A DNA stretch of 55,563 nucleotides, counting the filler, from Bipalium vagum (taxonomy: Eukaryota), in assembly GCA_037834085.1 (NCBI GenBank). It is 3 parts of 3 records of this genome, joined end to end, with 100 filler letters (N's around TTAATTAATTAA, not from the genome) between each part and the next. Parts side by side here need not be neighbours in the genome. Positions count along the whole stretch, not along the records: positions 32,220 to 55,563 come from JBBMKC010209819.1; 2 more parts are not named here. One strand, 5' to 3'. The notes below the pieces were generated by a model, which saw nothing but the letters and a program-made list of their open reading frames with translations, ran no database searches and was not told the origin of the DNA. Below are positions 52,736 to 55,563 of the stretch, piece after piece. Each line of letters begins with the position of its first letter. The first letter of the stretch is position 1. The position numbers and the translations under genes were made by a program.

Positions 52736-53399
52736 TAATTAGTAATTTTAGTTGAGTTTAATGAACAAAATCAGTAATTAATTTTGTTTAAGACTTTCAA
52801 ATCATATTGCTAAATACGAAAACAAAAAAATAATCCAACAGATGAAGATAGAAAAAATATATTCGAATTTAAAAAATAAATACCAGTCATTCACATTAAG
52901 GAACTTTTCGGAAAAATTCAAGATAAATGTTTGTGTAATAAGCGATATACTTAAGAAAAATAAATTATGTTAAAAATTAAACCGTGGAAGATATAAAAAT
53001 AGAAAAGCGATAATCAAAGTTTAATCCTCATCATTTAATATGGCAATCAATTTCGGAAGGTGGTCAAGTATGGGAGTCAAAAAGAAAGAGGAAATAATTT
53101 TCAAATCCTAATTATCAATAGATATTCAAGTTCCAAACCTTTATTCAAAAAGTCAAAAAGCTCTGTCATCAAAATCATTTTTTTATTGTGATTTGATTAC
53201 TTTAATTACACTTTATTTTGGCATGGTAAGAAAGCAATTTATCATTTAATTGTGAATTAGTTACTTTGTTTATAATTTATTTTAAAATTTTATGTGAAAT
53301 AATAATCGATTTACATTTACATTATTCAGTGAAATTAATTAGATTTTTATTATATATTTAAATTTATATTATTCACAAATTGAAATAATCTTGATTAAC

Positions 53400-53700
53400 A
53401 AAAATCGATTATGTTAAAAGGAATAAAAATGCACCTGCTGTTCCTAATCATCGATCTATTGAAAGATTATGGACTTTATGCAAGAAAGATTACAAGCAAC
53501 TAAAGAAGGTTTGTGATACTATTCCTAAATTTAAGAATGTTTGCTTGAAAATTTCAAGAGAAAGAAAAAAAGGTTATTCACAAACTTTAAACGTAATTTT
53601 ATAATTACGTTCATAAAGGTCCGTAGATTTTATATGGTTTAAAAAAACTATTCTTGTTCTTGAAAATTCAGACATTTCTTTAATAATCTTCTATAGTTTT
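53400..53700 (+). mobile_element. IS630-Tc1-like transposase 3' remnant
   Basis: NAPAVPNHRSIERLWTLCKK resembles NPPxxPxxxPIExxW. Confidence 0.5.
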
Positions 53701-54899
53701 TCAGTAGACTAATTTCAAAAATGCGACATTAAATTACGTTAGCTCTTTACATTTATTTAACATTGTGGTTTAATATTTTATAATGTTCGTCATTTTATTT
53801 AACAAAAATACGATATTGATGTGCATTAATTACAAGTTTACCTGTATTTATATTTTTAAAAAATATATAAAACGTAATTCAATAAATTAAGTGCTAAGTT
53901 TTTAGCTTTATTCAAATCAGTTATCTTTTTCCCATAGAATTTAGTCCAACATTATCAAAATCAAAATCATAATATTCAAATCATTTCGTTTCCTTGTCAT
54001 CAGTTAAATCAATTAAAATCAAATCTTTTAACATCTTTAATGGAATATTTTGTTAAACCTTTCCCAAGTTAGTATTGTAATGGTAGCATCTATTGAGTTT
54101 TTCCGAAAAAGATTTTTAGTTTAAAAAGGTATTCAAAATAAAGTAAAATTTTTAACACGTTATTATTTTAAGTAATCTTTAGAAAAAGTTATTAAAAATA
54201 TAAATTATTCAGTTTTTATATTTAGAAATATTTTTCTCAGTTTTTAAAATTCTAAAATGCTTGAACAAAATCAAATATAGAATATTTTACAAAATAATAT
54301 ATAATAATAATATTATATAAATAAAAATATTTAGAAAATGAATGTAACGTAGAAATGAATGTAATGTAGAAAACATATTTGATACGATTGACCGGTCAAA
54401 AAAGAGACTTGAAACGAATCACAAAAAAATAACAAAAGCAAAAAATTTATTAAATAGAAAATTGATTCGCAGTTTCTCGATTGAATATTTTAGCGCCACA
54501 TTCATTCATTTAGATATAATTCCAAGATATCATCATAGCTTTCCCATAAATCGATTCAATAGTCATTTCGGTCATAAAAACATCCAGATTCTTTCCTGTT
54601 TGTTTTAAATTTAATTAGAAGTACTAAATTCATTTTTGATTGTTAAATTTATGTTATGAATTTTTCAATTTTTCTGATATTTATTTACCAAAATGAATAC
54701 GATATCGATGGGAAAAAATCGATAACAGCGTTCTATAATATCGTAATCTATTTAAAACTTTTTCCTGTTACCAAAATTTTTTGAGGTTTTTTATAGAATT
54801 CAGAAAATTTTAAACTTTTTAATGGTCTTTCTGATAAATGAATTTTTTACTAATTTTTATTAGTTTTTCTTTTCTTATTTTCTCAGGTTCAATTTAATT

Positions 54900-55293
54900 A
54901 AGTATAAGTTTAAGTATGACAACATCACTGTTAAAAATTATTCGAAAAATTAATTCGGAGAGCAACAGATTTCGTTTTGATTTTTGAATTAATTATTTTC
55001 AATTTATTTCACCAACACTATTGACTTTAATAAAATATTTTAGTCTAAATACTTTGTAGCTGTCTTGGCCGTCCTATTCATCATACCTGAATTCCATAGA
55101 AAATCTTTGGGGGATACTAGCACGTCTAGTATACGCTAATGGGAAACAATATGAATCAAATTCAGAGATGGAACGAGAGGTAATTCGCTGATGGGAAAAA
55201 ATCGATAACAGCGTTCTATAAGCATTGGTAAATTCTATGCCAAATAGAATTTATGAAGTGATTTATTCCCATGGAAGTTCAACTAAATATTAA
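54900..55293 (+). mobile_element. Tc3-like transposase C-terminal remnant
   Basis: SWPSYSSYLNSIENLWGILARLVYANGKQY..WEKIDNSVL*ALVNSMPNRIYEVIYSHGSSTKY* resembles Tc3 WPARSPDLNPIENLWGILVRIVY..SM.DRL.EII.. Confidence 0.85.
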
Positions 55294-55563
55294 CAATCAA
55301 AAAATAATTCAAAGTGTATTTTTTTGTTATGATATACGTCTTTTGTAAATATGCGGAAATAAATTATTGGTATTTTTTTAGTTAATTTTTACTTTTTTAA
55401 AATTTTTTTTCATTATATTTTATATATATATTGGGAATTTGAACACTTTAAAATTCTTTGGGAAAGCACGATTGCCCAGTATTAGGTTTGTTGAGGTTCG
55501 ACTCCAATCTTTTAATCTTTATAAATAAACTTTTGGCGAAAAATAAGGTTTAGTTAATACGCT

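Noticed and set aside
1-55563. CRISPR arrays, tRNA, rRNA, bacterial operons or defence systems
   Set aside because: I saw no regular repeat-spacer array or RNA-gene signature. The spliceosomal introns indicate eukaryotic DNA.

Overview
This is very AT-rich eukaryotic (animal-like, probably invertebrate) scaffold DNA, not prokaryotic. It has two 100-bp assembly gaps carrying a TTAATTAATTAA linker. I can support four host genes, read by eye with GT..AG introns: (1) a PMS1-type MutL mismatch-repair gene (+, 26171-28424, four exons, expected 3' exons not found); (2) a ZU5-domain, DTHD1/PIDD/ankyrin-like gene (-, about 32566-37791, six exons, with possible micro-exons further upstream); (3) an intronless WH1/EVH1 + CRIB-like gene resembling Drosophila MESR3 (-, 41083-42054); (4) a two-exon orphan gene of about 220 aa starting MGxxxS (+, 49738-50508). 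Most of the rest is decayed DNA transposons (mariner, Tc3-like, DD37E-like, pogo/Tigger, Tc2-type MITE, Merlin/ISXO2), with weak retroelement traces and an unclassified repeat family starting TG(T/C)GGAGA. Most short ORFs in the supplied track are transposase fragments or noise. I found no convincing new multi-gene system. The best leads are the apparently truncated PMS1, the WH1-CRIB protein lacking VCA, the orphan, the micro-exon-like units and the unclassified repeats. All family assignments come from recalled motifs, not database searches.
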